A program made the position numbers and the translations under genes. Shown here one piece after another: positions 39,004 through 51,559 of a stretch of 64,000 nucleotides of DNA. Source of the stretch: Chiloscyllium plagiosum (lineage: Eukaryota); assembly GCF_004010195.1 (NCBI RefSeq), contig NC_057719.1, positions 80,273,220 through 80,337,219 on the forward strand. Direction: 5' to 3'. Position 1 is the first letter of the stretch. Each line of letters opens with the position of its first letter. The notes beneath the pieces were generated by a model. That model did no database searches and was not told the DNA's origin. It saw nothing but the letters and a program-made list of their open reading frames with translations.

Positions 39004-39776
39004 GCTGAAAATGTGTTGCTGGAAAAGCGCAGCAGGTCAGGCAGCATCCAAGGAGCAGGAGAATTGACGTTTCGGGCATGAGCCCTTCTTCAGGAATGAG
39101 GAAAGTGTGTCCAGCAGGCTAAGATAAAAGGTATGCAGGAGGGACTTGGGGGAGGGGCATTGGAAATGCGATAGGTGGAAGGAGGTCAAGGTGAGGGTGA
39201 TAGGCCGGGTGTCAGGTTGGCACTAGGACACCTCTGGGACACCTGGACCAACCAACACAACCACCCCGTGGCTCAACACTTCAACTCCCCCTCCCACTCC
39301 ACCAAGGACATGCAGGTCCTTGGACTCCTCCATCGCCAGACCATAGCAACATGACGGTTGGAGGAAGAGCGCCTCATCTTCCGCCTAGGAACCCTCCAAC
39401 CACAAGGGATGAACTCAGATTTCTCCAGTTTTCTCATTTCCCCTCCCCCCACCTTGTCTCAGTCAAATCCCTCGAACTCAGCACCACCTTCCTAACCTGC
39501 AATCTTCTTCCTGACCTCTCCGCCCCCACCCCCAATCCGGCCTATCACCCTCATCTTGACCTCCTTCCACCTATCGCATTTCCAACGCCCCTCCCCCAAG
39601 TCCCTCCTCCCTACCTTTTATCTTAGCCTGCTGGACATACTTTCCTCATTCCTGAAGAAGGGCTCATGCCCGAAACGTCGATTCTCCTGCTCCTTGGATG
39701 CTGCCTGACCTGCTGCGCTTTTCCAGCAACACATTTTCAGCTCTGATCTCCAGCATCTGCAGTCCTCACTTTCTCC
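39004..39776 (+). mobile_element. 5'-truncated Penelope-like element: inverted pLTR, GIY-YIG C-terminus, full pLTR
   Basis: 39004-39208 is the reverse complement of about 39538-39742. 39228-39430 reads HPVAQHFNSPSHSTKDMQVLGL...RLEEERLIFRLGTLQPQGMN. TSD CCCCCAWGGTTGAAT (38989-39003 and 39775-39789). Confidence 0.92.
39648..39683 (+). ncRNA. Minimal hammerhead ribozyme motif in the Penelope 3' pLTR
   Basis: CUGAAGA-A-GGGC(UCAU)GCCC-GAAA-C-GUC; stem I is weak. Confidence 0.62.
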
Positions 39777-41086
39777 CCCAAGGTTGAATACCTGGCAGTG
39801 CGTGAAAGCTGGATGATATGAGAATGGGGCTTGGACCTTTGCTAAGTTATTAGGTGTGGGTCTTGATTGCCAGGACTGTGATGCAATGTTCAATTTGTGA
39901 GGGTAGTGGAGGAATAGGTGTGATAGAGTTTTTGAAGATGCCGTCACTGACCGTGACCACTCGCGGAGGATGATTGCAGTGTGGTTATGACTCCCGGCTT
40001 GTGCTTTGGAGGCCCAGGTTCAATCTAAAATACTTACAAACAAAGATTCTGTCTCAGGTATGAATATTTCCAACTAATGGCCGGGAATCCTTCAAGATTG
40101 CTGTCTACTTGCTGTGTTCTGCCTCCAGCTTGGAGTCAGCTGTAGGATTGTCTTCAGCATCTGCTCCAGCCATGGTCATGCCCCCCCCCCCCACCCCCAA
40201 TGTGATCTTGTTCTATCCCTTGACTATTTCACCACACCACCAACCCCCCCCTACCCTGCTGAGGAACACAGCCACTAGCAGCATACTTGGCACTGGCTGA
40301 ATGTTGCAATCATTTCAACAACCTGACAGTGCCAAGTCTGCATGCTGCTTGTCTCCATCAGAAATAAGCGGTGCAATTTAATCACACACCATAATTCGAA
40401 GCTCCACTTTTTAGCGGTGATGGAGTTTTGAGCAGTAATCTCTCCCTTTCTGGCTAGAGTTCTCTTTCCCTAAGCCTCAGTAAAGCCTGTGGCATTTCTG
40501 ATCAATTCATTGTGCGAGGAATCTAGAATGGAATCATTTGAATGTGTGTTTGGAGCTAAGGCTCCCTTTAATGCAGCTTTTGTCTCGGTGTAGTATCATA
40601 TTGTGAGTGTGAAGTCAGTGCTAGATCGTTAGTATGTCACTCAAATGTTATTTCTTATAGAGTCCGTATAATAAATAAGCTGATGGCTTGCTTCTCTAAT
40701 TGATGAGCATGATACTGGGAGCATTTTAATCCCTTCTCGCGCATTCACAGTCTGCCTCCTGGAAGATAGTGCAGGATTACTGTATTCTCTCTATTACTAA
40801 TGCTGCCTACTTCACCTTTGTAATGTGACCCACCTTCACTGGTCCTTCTGTTGAAACCCTCATCCGGATGTTACTTATAATTGGATGTTTCTATGCAGTC
40901 CCTATCCAGCCACACGTAGTCCACCCTTCATAAACACCCAGTCATCCAAAACTCTGCCTCCTGCATCTTAATTCACACCAAGTCCTATTCTCTTGCTGAG
41001 CCAATGGTCACTAGATGCACATCGATCTTTGTCTAATTTGTTGTGAATGTGTTAATCGACAATTTGAAGCATCAAGGGGAAGTTCC

Positions 41087-41298
41087 ATATAGAACATAGA
41101 GCAGTACAGCACAGGAACAGGCCCTTCAGCCCACAATATTGTGCCGAGCATGACGCCAAATTAAACTAATCCCTTCTGCCTGCTCTTGTTCTGTATCCCT
41201 CCATTCACGGCTTATCTAAAAGTCCCTTAACTGTCCTTATTGCCTCTGCCTCAACCATTACCCCGGCAGCATATTCCAGACTCCTATCACTCTCTCCG
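41087..41298 (-). mobile_element. CR1 3' end
   Basis: CATATAGAACATAGAGCAGTACAGCACAGGAACAGGCCCTTCAGCCCAC reverse tail. Confidence 0.82.
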
Positions 41299-41461
41299 TG
41301 TGTATATACGTATGTTTATGTGTGTGGTTCAAACAAACCTTTGGAAAATGCCTCAGACACATAAATTGGAATTCCAAACCTCCCAATTGATTTTACGGTC
41401 AATTATCCACTGACTTCTAAGATAAAGGCGAATATTATTGGAATAGCTCCTACCATAACAA

Positions 41462-41810
41462 GGCAGCACGGTGGCTCATTGGTTAGCAGTGCCACTTCAC
41501 AGTGCCAGGGATGCAGGTTCAATTCCCACCTCGGGCAACTGTCTGTGTTACGTTTCCACCTTCTCCCCGTATCTGTGTGGGTTTCCTCCGGATGCTCTGG
41601 CTTCCTCCCACAATCCAAAGATGTTCAGGTTAAGTGAATTGGCCACGCTAAGTTGCCCATAGTGTTCAGGGATGAGAAGGTTAGGTGCATTAATCGGGGG
41701 TAAATATAGGATAATAGGTTGGGGAGTGGGTCTGGGTGGGTTGCTGTTTGGAGGGTCTGTGTGGACTTGTTGGGCCGAAGGGCGTGCTTCCGCACTGTAG
41801 GGATTCTATG
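41462..41810 (+). mobile_element. HE1 SINE
   Basis: A/B boxes, V-domain and tail. Confidence 0.9.
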
Positions 41811-42130
41811 AGAGAGAAATAACACTCTGCTAGTCCAAGTGTCACCATCTTCTCTCTGACACTCACCTTCACTCTATTCTGCTAATGTACCCAGTGCCCA
41901 CCAAGGCTCAAGCTCTGCCACTCTCAAGTTGCAAACAGCACCTTCCCTCATTTGCTGCCAACCACCCCAACCGATGACACCACTGATCCTGCATGCCCTC
42001 TGTGCTGCCAACTCACTCAGTCGGGGCACCTACTTTCATCTCTCACAATTCCTGCCTCTTTCTCCCATTCCACAAAGAAAACAGCCCATACCAGGGCGGA
42101 AAGGGTCAGGACAGGTGATGGATTTTCCTA

Positions 42131-42700
42131 ATAGAGTCATACAGCATGGAACCAGACCTTTTGGCTCAACAAGTCCATGCTGACCATCATCCCAAACTAA
42201 ACTAGTCCCAACTGCCTGTGCGTAGCCCAACCATTTCTTATTCATGTATTTATCTAAATGTCTTTTAAATGTTGTAACTGTGTCAGCAACCACTGCTTCC
42301 TCTGGAAGTTTATTCCATGCATGAGCCACTCTGTGTTGAAAAAAAAATTGCCCCTCATGTCTTTTTAAAATCTTCCCCCTCTCACCTTAAAAATATGCCC
42401 CTAGTCTTGAAATCCCCCACCCTTAGGGAAAAGACACCTGCCGTTCACCTTATCTATACCCCTGATGATTTTATAAACCTCTTTAAAGTCACCCCTCAAC
42501 TTCCTACACTCCAGTGAAAAAGGTCCAAGCCTGTCCAGCCTCTCATTATAATTCAAATCACCCATTCCCAGCAACATCCTGGTAAATCTCTTCTGAACCC
42601 TCTCCAGCTTAATAATATCCTTCCTATGATGGGGCAACCAGAACTGGACACAGTTCTCCAGAAGAGGCCTCACCAACAGCCTCTACAACCTCAACATAAC
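42131..42700 (-). mobile_element. CR1 3' portion
   Basis: VRPLLENCVQFWLPHHRKDIIKLERVQKRFTRML. Confidence 0.9.
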
Positions 42701-43745
42701 GTTGACGTGGACCCATCCTTACTCTGACTGCCCAAGTGACTGATTAACCATTTCCAAGCTTCTGGATTGGTATTGGAGGCAGCCCTTGACGTACTGCCAG
42801 GATCCTCTGATTGATGGCTATCCCCTTGACTTTCCTGAGGTCTGCTGACAACTCCTTCCTTTGTGTCTGTATTAAACTGCAAGGTAAGACTGAATAAGTA
42901 TCAGCTGAGGGAGCAAAGCACAAAAGGCAGAAATCCTGTGAGCTTGTGGAATTGCTCAGACTGAGGCCGTGCTGTGACAGCAAGTAAAGAGCCCAGAGAT
43001 ACAACTTGTTCTAGTCCATGAGCTGGGTGGGTGTCCCTGAGCTCATACTATCCTTGCTGGGTTGCTAGGTTTTATTGAATTCAAAACCATGATGGGATTC
43101 AAGGTATGCATGGCTCTCTGGATTGATAGTCTAGTGATAATGCCACTAGGCCATCACCCTGTCTTAGCTGCCTTCTGAATGCCTAAAAGACACACCGTCT
43201 ATCTGCTCTGAGCTCTATGCAACAATATAACAGCCCTCCCCTTTCCTTTTCAGACAAATGTGTACAAGACTGCAAATGGGTACACTAAATCTACATGTTA
43301 AGATCTAGCTTTGGCAGATGTATGGCACAACCAGATTTAGTCTATATGCAGTTATCAAAACTTGGCAGTGTCGCTTCATTCCGCAATGTGCTGTCTGTTG
43401 CCAGAGATACATGTGTGTTGTTTATTGCAGAAATGTGGTTGTTTGGGACCAATATAATGTTTTCAGTATCTGAGCTGCCATCCTGTGTGATGGATGATTG
43501 ACCATGTACAGTTTGGAGATGTTGTCCAATTTTTCCTTCAGAGTTTGACCATTGCTCATTACAATAGTCAGATGACCTAGGCTAGATAGAACATTGACAC
43601 AATGTAACCTGTGCGTTCATAACAAAACTCTCACTCATATACTATCCTGGACCATATTGGGAGGATGGTCAGCATGCTAATCAATCAACTCTTTTACTCT
43701 TATTCCCCCTTGATTCCAACAAAGCACCTGGCACATGTCATACAT

Positions 43746-44568
43746 TCATAGAGATATACAGCATGGAAACAGACCCTCGGTCCAACTCATCCATTCCGGT
43801 CAGATATTCTAATTTAATATAGTCCCACTTACTAGCATTTGGCCCATATCCCTCTAAACCCTTCCTATTCACATGCCCATTCAGATCCTTTTAGATGTTG
43901 TAATTGCACCAGCCTCCAGCACTTCCTCTGGCAGCTGATTTCATACACACACCATTCTCTGTGTGAAAAAGTTGCCCTTTAGGTCCCTTTTAAATCTTTC
44001 CCCTCTCACCTTAAACCTGTGCCTACTAATTTTGGACTCTCCTACCCTGGAAAAAGAGCTTTGTTTTTCACCCAATCAATGTCACTCATGATTTTATAAA
44101 CCTCTATAAGGTCACCCCTTGCTCTGATGCTCTATGGAAAATAGACCCAGCCTCTCTCGATAGCTCAAACCCTCCAACCCCCGCAACATGCTTGTAAATT
44201 TTTTCTGCATCTTTTCAAGTTTTACAACATCTTTTCTTAGTAGGGAGACCAGAATTGTACATAGTATTCCAATAGTGGCACAACCAGTGTCCTATACAGC
44301 TGCAACATGACATCCCAAATCATCTACTCAATGCACTGACCAATAAAGGCAAGCATGCCAAACACTGCCTTCATCATCCTATTTACATGTTGCTTCACCT
44401 TCAAGAAACTATGAACCTACACCCCAAGGTCCCTTTGTTTGGCAACACACCCCAGGACCTTACCATTATGTTTATAAGTCCTGTCCCAGTTTGCTTATAC
44501 TAAAATGCAACAGCTCACATTTATCTAAATTAAACTGTATTTGCCGCACCTCAGCTCATTGGCCCATT
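43746..44568 (-). mobile_element. CR1 3' portion
   Basis: Collinear reverse match to 24330-25165. Confidence 0.9.
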
Positions 44569-44779
44569 AAATTGGTTGAGTGGTGTGTGTGTGGAAGTGA
44601 GAAGTCACATAGATCTGTCTTTGAAATGTGGGAGCTGTTCAGTGAAGTTAAACCATGTTAAGCCTAGAAAGGTAGCACACCTAAACAATTTGGCAAGGTA
44701 TTCGACATTTAATTATCATTAATTTTACAGATGGACAATGTGTGTCCCAAAGACCATTAGACTGAGGATGGTAAGGAGA

Positions 44780-46130
44780 AGATGTAATCTATGGTCACCC
44801 TGTTTCCTTCACACATCTAGAGGGGCGCACTAGTGTATGGTGCACTGTTGATTTGCCACATTAAAGAGAATTTGGTGACATGGCTAATCACATCCATGGA
44901 CATGGGAAATATCGGAGACATACTTTCACCATATCTCAGGAAGAATTCCATGTGGAATGAAAGGTTCTCTTGATTGTTGAGATTAATGGAATTGATATAA
45001 ATCGTATGACTTGATCAAGTGATCACTATTGATGCTGACCGATAAATGGGCTCATGTGCCAATCTCCTGCACCCACATGACCTAAATGTATATGTCCTAA
45101 GCCAGATCTTGTGGAATTATCATTCTTTGAAAGTCCTAGTCAATCTCTGAATGGCCAAAAGGAGCAGGCTTGTTTGGGGACCAGGTGAATGTGTTCAGTT
45201 CACCCCCTAATGACAATCAATTTCACCTATTACGACTGCTCATCATCTGGTAGAGCTTGCTGGATCTGCTCTGCTTGGCTGGGACCAGAATGCATGAGAT
45301 TGATGTGAAAACTATCTTCTAGTTCAGATTCAATACTGTTCACTTGGTGGACTAAAGAGGTATCTTTGATTTTAATGGGATTTTGAAGCTGGCTAAGAGA
45401 ATTGCAAATGGTCATTTAGGACAATCTTGAGCATTGTCCATCTAAAGCGTAGTCCTACATCTTTACCAATAGTCAGCAGAATGTGGATGTGCATTTGTGA
45501 GAGGTATTTGAGAGATGGTTTGTGGTTTGTGGTCAGCGTGAACAATGAAAGCTTTGCAGAATAGTTACATTTGAAACTGTTATGTTCTGAAAACTAGAGC
45601 AAGAGCTTCTCTTTCAATATTGGAGTAATTTTCCCAAGCTGTTGTAAAGACCTTAGAACCAAATGCAATAGACTTGTCACCATGTGATAGATTTATAATG
45701 CTTTGCTGGGATCTATCTACTGCCAATAGAGGAGGGATCAGTATGTTGAAAGTTGACATGTGCTGGATGCTAAGCACCAGAGATTCGAGCATGCTGGTGA
45801 TCTACATGTCATACTTATGGCATGTCTTAGCGAAGAAGATCTTAAAGAGGAGAGACTTTGATCTCAAGATTTGGAACTTATGGGTATAAAAGGTTGCAGA
45901 AACCGAGATGCCTTTGTAAACCATCTTTGCAAAGTGGTGTAGATATCTCCTGCACTGATTTCTATTTCAGCAGGATCAAGTCTAATCAGTTTGATGAGTA
46001 GAATGATTGGAATAAATTGATTTGGCTAATTTTTTTTACAATTGAAAACAGGATCATGTTTCCCTGCCACTGGCACTAGTTGATGGGAGTTTGTCATGCA
46101 CAAGTTTAGTTTTTTTCCAAGAACTGCGAG
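44780..46130 (-). pseudogene. Decayed Gypsy pol remnant
   Basis: KSIAFGSKVFTTAWENYSNIEREALALVF (RNase H), LTTNHKP and an integrase zinc-binding-like segment near 45050. Confidence 0.65.
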
Positions 46131-46163
46131 CTCATATATTAGAACTTAGAACATACACTCTGA

Positions 46164-46478
46164 AGATTAGATTAGATTACTTACAGTGTGGAAACAGGCC
46201 CTTCGGCCCAACAAGTTCACACCGCCCCACCGAAGCGCAACCCACCCATTCCCCTACATTTACCTCTTACCTAACACTGCGGGCAATTTAGCATGGCCAA
46301 TTCACCTGACCTGCACATCTTTGGACTGTGGGAGGAAACCGGAGCACCCGGAGGAAACCCACGCAGACACGGGGAGAACGTGCAAACTCCACATAGTCAG
46401 TCGCCTGAGGAGGGAATTGAACCCGGGTCTCTGGCACTGTGAGGCAGCAGTGCTAACCACTGTGCCACCGTGCTGCCC
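46164..46478 (-). mobile_element. Young HE1 SINE
   Basis: Near-identical in reverse to 55847-56163. Confidence 0.95.
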
Positions 46479-47666
46479 ACAAGAAGACTGGGTCCTTGTT
46501 GAGACAGATGCCATGAAGCTTATTAGCAATATTAACTATTTGCACTCTGATAGGGCCACACGTACTCAGTGTCTTTACTTTCTGACTTAAGGAACAAATA
46601 TACAGTAACTGCAAATAGGCTCCTACTATTGCGACTGAAAGTGGGGCAGTTATCCCTGTTCTGGAACAATAAAATGATGTCTAACTGTCTTGAAGGCACA
46701 CTACCTATCTAGTCTGGGATCTATGCAATAATATAACAAAACCTTTCCAGGAAACAGCTGACGGCTGCTCTCAGAGAATTTCACAGAGGCCCAAGTGATT
46801 CCCGGGACCTCATATTCGTGCTTGAAAAATTTGCAGAATCTGGACCTACACTGGGTCTGAACTAAATACTGGCCCTCAGAAAATGCAAAAACCTCCAGGA
46901 TTGGCCTGAAATCTCCAGGACACCCTGCAGAAAGGTCATGGTGCATTGAAAAATAATTTTCTTTTAATCATTTCATGGACCCTTTCTCTTTACCAGCTAT
47001 AAAGCATTGAAGCTTTGAAAGAAACAGGGACGTCATTCGGCTGACAGTAAAGCAATCATTCAGTTGAGTTTTGGGATTTTGTTTCTTTGTGATTGATGTC
47101 AGGAAGGCAGTGGTAGATTGTTGACTGGCCAATGACCGGAGAATGAAGTGGGGGGGGGTGGGTTAGGTCACTTAATAAATCTTCAGGGATGAGAGTTCAC
47201 AACAGGCCTCCAGCCAGGCTTTGGATGAGTGAAGGTTTTGTGATTGTTATTTGGAATGTTTCTCACGCTGAAGGACACATTGCTTAACAGTCTCCCAAAC
47301 ATAAATCCATCTTCTTCCCTCCAGAAGTTAATTGGCCTGCAGTATTTCTCAGTTTCCTGTTTGCTGCCACCTGAAGAGGGCTGTTGATTTTTTGTTTGCT
47401 TGTGTTGCCATGGAAATGCATACCGTCCTACAGTGTAGCTATTCATTGCTTCATTCTCTGACTAAGCCGACTTTTATTTGTGGGGGACTCAGAATCGTGA
47501 GCGCAGACTGAGACAGAGGGAAGGTTGACTGCTCTTCTGTATTGCACGAAACAGTCTCTGAGATATTTAATTAAAAGTGGCCTTTGTGCTTTTTGATCCC
47601 GGAACAAAGGGCGATTTGAAATTCAGATAGAGCGGCTGTGGATGAAGGAACATGATCCAGAGATCA

Positions 47667-47952
47667 TCATAGATTCAGAGAATCCCTACCGTGTGGAAAC
47701 ATGCAATTCAGCTCAACAAGTCCACACCAACCGTCCGAACAGCATCCCACCCTATCTCTGCAACCCTGCACCTCGCAAGGCTAAACCACCTCGCTTGAAC
47801 ATTCCTGGACACTATGGTCAATTTAGCGTAGCCAATCCATCTAACCTGCACATCTTTGGACTGTGGGAGGAAACCGGAGCATTGAGAGGAAACACATGCA
47901 GATATGAGGAGAATGTGCACACTCTACACAGACAGTCACCTGAGGCTGAAAT
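47667..47952 (-). mobile_element. HE1 SINE, 5'-truncated
   Basis: Reverse V-domain and tail. Confidence 0.85.
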
Positions 47953-48020
47953 GTAACTTTTAATGAACAGGAACAGGAATTTTTCCTACATTTGTTATGG
48001 CCTCAGCAGTACCTAAGAAG

Positions 48021-48362
48021 GAGTGGCATGGTGGCTTAGTGCTTAGCATGGCTGTCCCACCGCAACAGGGACACAAGTTTGATTCCTGCCTCGGGCGACT
48101 GTTTGTTTGGAGTTTGCACATTCTCCCCGTGTCTGCGTGCGTTTCCTCCAGGTGGTCCAGTTTCCTCCCACAATCCAAAGGCGTGCAGGTCAGGTGAATT
48201 GGCCATGCTAAAGTTTCCCCATAGTGTCCAGAGATGTGCAGGCTAGGTGGATTAACCATGGGAAATATGGGGTTAGACGGATGGGGTGGGATGCTCTTTA
48301 GAGGGTTGGTGTGGACTTGATGGATCAAAAAGCCTGCTTCCACACTGTGGTATTCTATGATT
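48021..48362 (+). mobile_element. HE1 SINE
   Basis: Head, V-domain and tail. Confidence 0.9.
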
Positions 48363-49070
48363 TCAAAGGAAGCAGCAGGACCTACATTTTTCAGCGCCAT
48401 AAATTGGGCTGTGAGTCTGTGCCAGATTGGAGAGGCTGGGAACTGAATTAAATTCAACCACAGGCCTCACCAGAATAAACCAAGTCAGTCAATCAGGTTC
48501 TCCAATGCCAGCTCACTGGACTGGGTGACATTGTATTTCATTGGATTGCCCCATAATTTCACCTTTGCTCCCACATCCTCAGTTTTTGACTTTGAAAGGT
48601 AATGTTTGTCCCAATGCTCTTCAGGCAGTGACTGAGCAACTGTTGGGGTCTCCCCACTTACCACTGCCTATGTACCTCTTTTTTTAATTCTTTCCCCGGA
48701 TGTTTGCATCACCGGCTATGCCAGCAATAATTGATCATTCAGAGGACAGTTAAAAGTCCCAGACATGATGCAGTTGGCCATCTTATGAGGTGTCAGCCTA
48801 CATCAGAAAGAATGTTTTTTGGAGAAACATTTTCTACCTTTCCTTTGTGCAGAAAGTCATCAGGTAAAATTTCTTTAATAAGCGCAGTGATTGTAACAGG
48901 GTCAACCAGGTGGACCTCACAGAATATGAGTTCCCTGACTGCAGCTGTTAATCTGATCCAATCAGTGGGTCCTGGCTGACAGATCAGAACAGGAGTGTCA
49001 GGCTTCCTGTTCACTCTGAGAGCTGGCTCTGAGGGAGCTGGATCAGTGTCAAGGACTCTCCACATGTTTA

Positions 49071-49385
49071 GGGGTGGCACGGTGGCTCAGTGGTTAGCAT
49101 TGCTGCCTCACAGGGTCCCAGGTTCGATTCCAGCCTTAGGTGACTCTCTGTGTGGAGTTTGCACATTCTCCCCGTGTCTGCGTGGGTTTCCTCTGGGTGC
49201 TCCGGTTTCCTCCCACAAGTCCAAAAATGTGCAGGTTAGGTGAATTGGCCATGCTAAATTGCCCGTAGTGTTAGGTGCATTAGCCAGAGGGAAATGGGAC
49301 TGGGTGCGTTACTCTTCGGAAGGTCGGTGTGGACTTGTTGGGCCAAAGGGCCTGTTTCCACACTGTAGGGAATCTAATCTAATCT
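49071..49385 (+). mobile_element. HE1 SINE inside the LTR
   Basis: Full SINE between CACATGT and AAATAAAGG of the LTR. Confidence 0.92.
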
Positions 49386-49943
49386 AAATAAAGGGGGACT
49401 TGGTGACGGGATACTGACTTCTGTGAAGTTATTTCAGTGGTGATGACAGAAAAGCATGCTGCTGAAGGCATTTGCTTGCAACCTTCGCCTTTTGAATTTG
49501 TGAACATTTCTGGCATCCTGCCATTATGTGGGAAGCTTGACTCATTCGATCCTGCTGTCGAAGACTGGGCCCAGTATGTGGGAAGAATATGTTAATTTTT
49601 CTGGGCAAATGACATTGGGGCAGATGGAAAAGCAACGCGTAATCCTTCTGACAGTTTGAGGAAATGCAACCATCTTGATTATTAGAAGCCTAATGTTTCC
49701 TGGGGCACCAGACACTAAAATCTTTCAAGAGTTGACAGATTTAGCTAAGGAATATTATGACACCCAGCCTCCTCTAATTCAGAGACACTATCAGTTTTAC
49801 TCAGCAATTTGAAAGCCAGGGGAATCTGTATCGGGATTTTTGACGAGGTTGAGATGACTGGCAGAGACATGTAACTTTAGTTTAATCCTTAATGAGACGC
49901 CGAGGGGCTGTTTGCTTTGTGGGATTAATGATGTAACCAAGTA

Positions 49944-50104
49944 AACATAGAACATAGAAGAATACAGCGCAGTACAGACCCTTCGGCCCTCGATGTTGCG
50001 CCGATCCAAGCCCACCTAACCTACATTAGCCCACTATCCTCCTCAACCTTCTTTTCTCCAATGAAAACAACCCCAAGTGCCTCAGCCTTTCCTCATACGA
50101 TCTT
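49944..50104 (-). mobile_element. Internally deleted CR1 3' end inside gag
   Basis: (AACATAG)n tail; jumps from 3'UTR to ORF2 sequence at CCTC. Confidence 0.75.
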
Positions 50105-50269
50105 TAAGCGCCTACTAGCTGAAGCCCAATTGGACTTCCAATAGGGACAACCTCTGGTTTTATCATTGGAAAATGCGGCAAGTGGAGCATATGAGTTTCA
50201 GGGTATTCCGATGGAAGTGGACACCCTTCGCCAGTCCAATTGAGCTTGGGGAACACCACTTAAGTGAAG

Positions 50270-50398
50270 CTCTTCTTCAGGGCTTATGCCCGAAACGTCG
50301 ATTCTCCTTCTCCTTTGATGCTGCCTGACCTGCTGCGCTTTTCCAGCAACACATTTTTAAGCTCTGATCCCCAGCATCTGCAGTCCTCACTTTCTCCT
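50270..50398 (+). mobile_element. Penelope pLTR family 1 inside gag
   Basis: Perfect 15-bp TSD ACCACTTAAGTGAAG (50255-50269 and 50399-50413); the 5' half of the hammerhead is replaced by inverted CTTCTTCAG. Confidence 0.88.
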
Positions 50399-50626
50399 AC
50401 CACTTAAGTGAAGACAATTGCACAGCCTCACCCCAGGGACACCTCCCAGAACCACAAACAATGCCCCCTTCCCCACTCTGGGTTCCATAGTCAAGGAAAC
50501 CCTTCATTTATTGCCTCAGAGTCAGTCACCCTGTCTGTATTTCAATCTATACAAAGGTCGAAGATGAATGGAGGAAATATCCATCTAGAAGAGATGCTGG
50601 ACCAATGACAATCTACAATTACATTG

Positions 50627-50858
50627 CAGAAGTGGGTACTGCAGATGCTGAAGATTAGAGTCAAGATTACAGTGGCACTGGAGAAGCACAGCAGGTCAGG
50701 CAGCATCCGAGCAGCAGGAAAATTGACATTTCGGGAAAAAGCCCTTCATGAGGAATGAGGCCTCATTCCTGATGAAGGGCTTTTTCCCAAAACGTCGATT
50801 TTCCTGCTCCTCGGATGTTGCCGGAACTGCTGTGCTTTTCCAGCGCCACTCTAAACTT
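50627..50858 (-). mobile_element. Penelope pLTR family 1 variant, inverted-duplicated
   Basis: Symmetric about GAATGAGG|CCTCATTC at 50760/50761; both hammerhead cores are mutated. Confidence 0.85.
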
Positions 50859-50961
50859 CCACCTGTAATTACAGGACTGTGGCACTAGGGGGAGCATACC
50901 CGCTATTCTTGGCTTCACATTGAAGGTAGACTTTACAAACTCTGATTGGGGCAAATCTAAA

Positions 50962-51135
50962 GAGAGGTTTGGTTAACTTAGTTGGCTAACTGTGGTGTGC
51001 TGCAGGAAAATGCCAATAATATGGATTTTATCTAGTGTGGGTTGAAGTAGATTGTGAGAGCTACCTCCTTGCTTTGCTTCAGAGTGATATCCAGCATCAG
51101 CCATCATTAGCAACTGTTAGAGAATGACCACAGTC
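50962..51135 (+). mobile_element. Old tRNA-derived SINE (LF-SINE-like)
   Basis: GGTTTGGTTAACTTAGTTGGCTA head; related reverse copy at about 61385-61503. Confidence 0.35.
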
Positions 51136-51444
51136 TACTGCAAGCCTATCTTCATTGATAGCTTTATGCATTATTGTTCCTACAGCTCCATGCACTATAA
51201 CTTTGGCATCAGCAGTAATCTCATAAATTGGACCCTATTCATTTCCTTACCGTACTCTCCTAAGGGATGCTGACCAATCTGATCTGATCATTGCTCATTG
51301 TGTATTGCACATACTCAAAAATACCCGAAAGCTGCCACATTCAGACATGGAAAATGCCTGGCCTGCCTTAAATACTCCGGGAGGAGGTACTGTATCTTAA
51401 AAACATGGCGCAGGATGTGGATCTAGCAACCTCATATCCTGATA

Positions 51445-51557
51445 CACAGTAGTAATCCGAGCGGTATTTTCCATTAACAGAACACTGCTATCAAGTCAAA
51501 GAGACATTCAGCCTACCATTCAAATGAGTAATGTGGTCTATCAATTTTAATGTCAGT
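51445..51557 (+). mobile_element. Fragment of another Penelope-like ORF (start of GIY-YIG domain)
   Basis: RAVFSINRTLLSSQRDIQPTIQMSNVVYQF*CQ fits the SNVVY-x-x-x-C motif preceding GIY-YIG. Confidence 0.5.
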
Positions 51558-51559
51558 CC

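Larger units (their letters stand above)
48892..50450 (+). mobile_element. Gypsy 5' LTR (48892-49436), PBS-like site and decayed gag (from about 49517)
   Basis: TGTAAC...TTTCA LTR with CCAAT and AATAAA, followed by GTGGTGATGA. Gag reads GKLDSFDPAVEDWAQYV, APDTKIFQELTDL and KPGESVSGFLTRLR*LAETCNF. Confidence 0.85.

Noticed and set aside
46186..46590. Recurring similar small ORFs as a gene family (also 55726-56139 and 20468-20701)
   Set aside because: Antisense translations of HE1 SINE copies.
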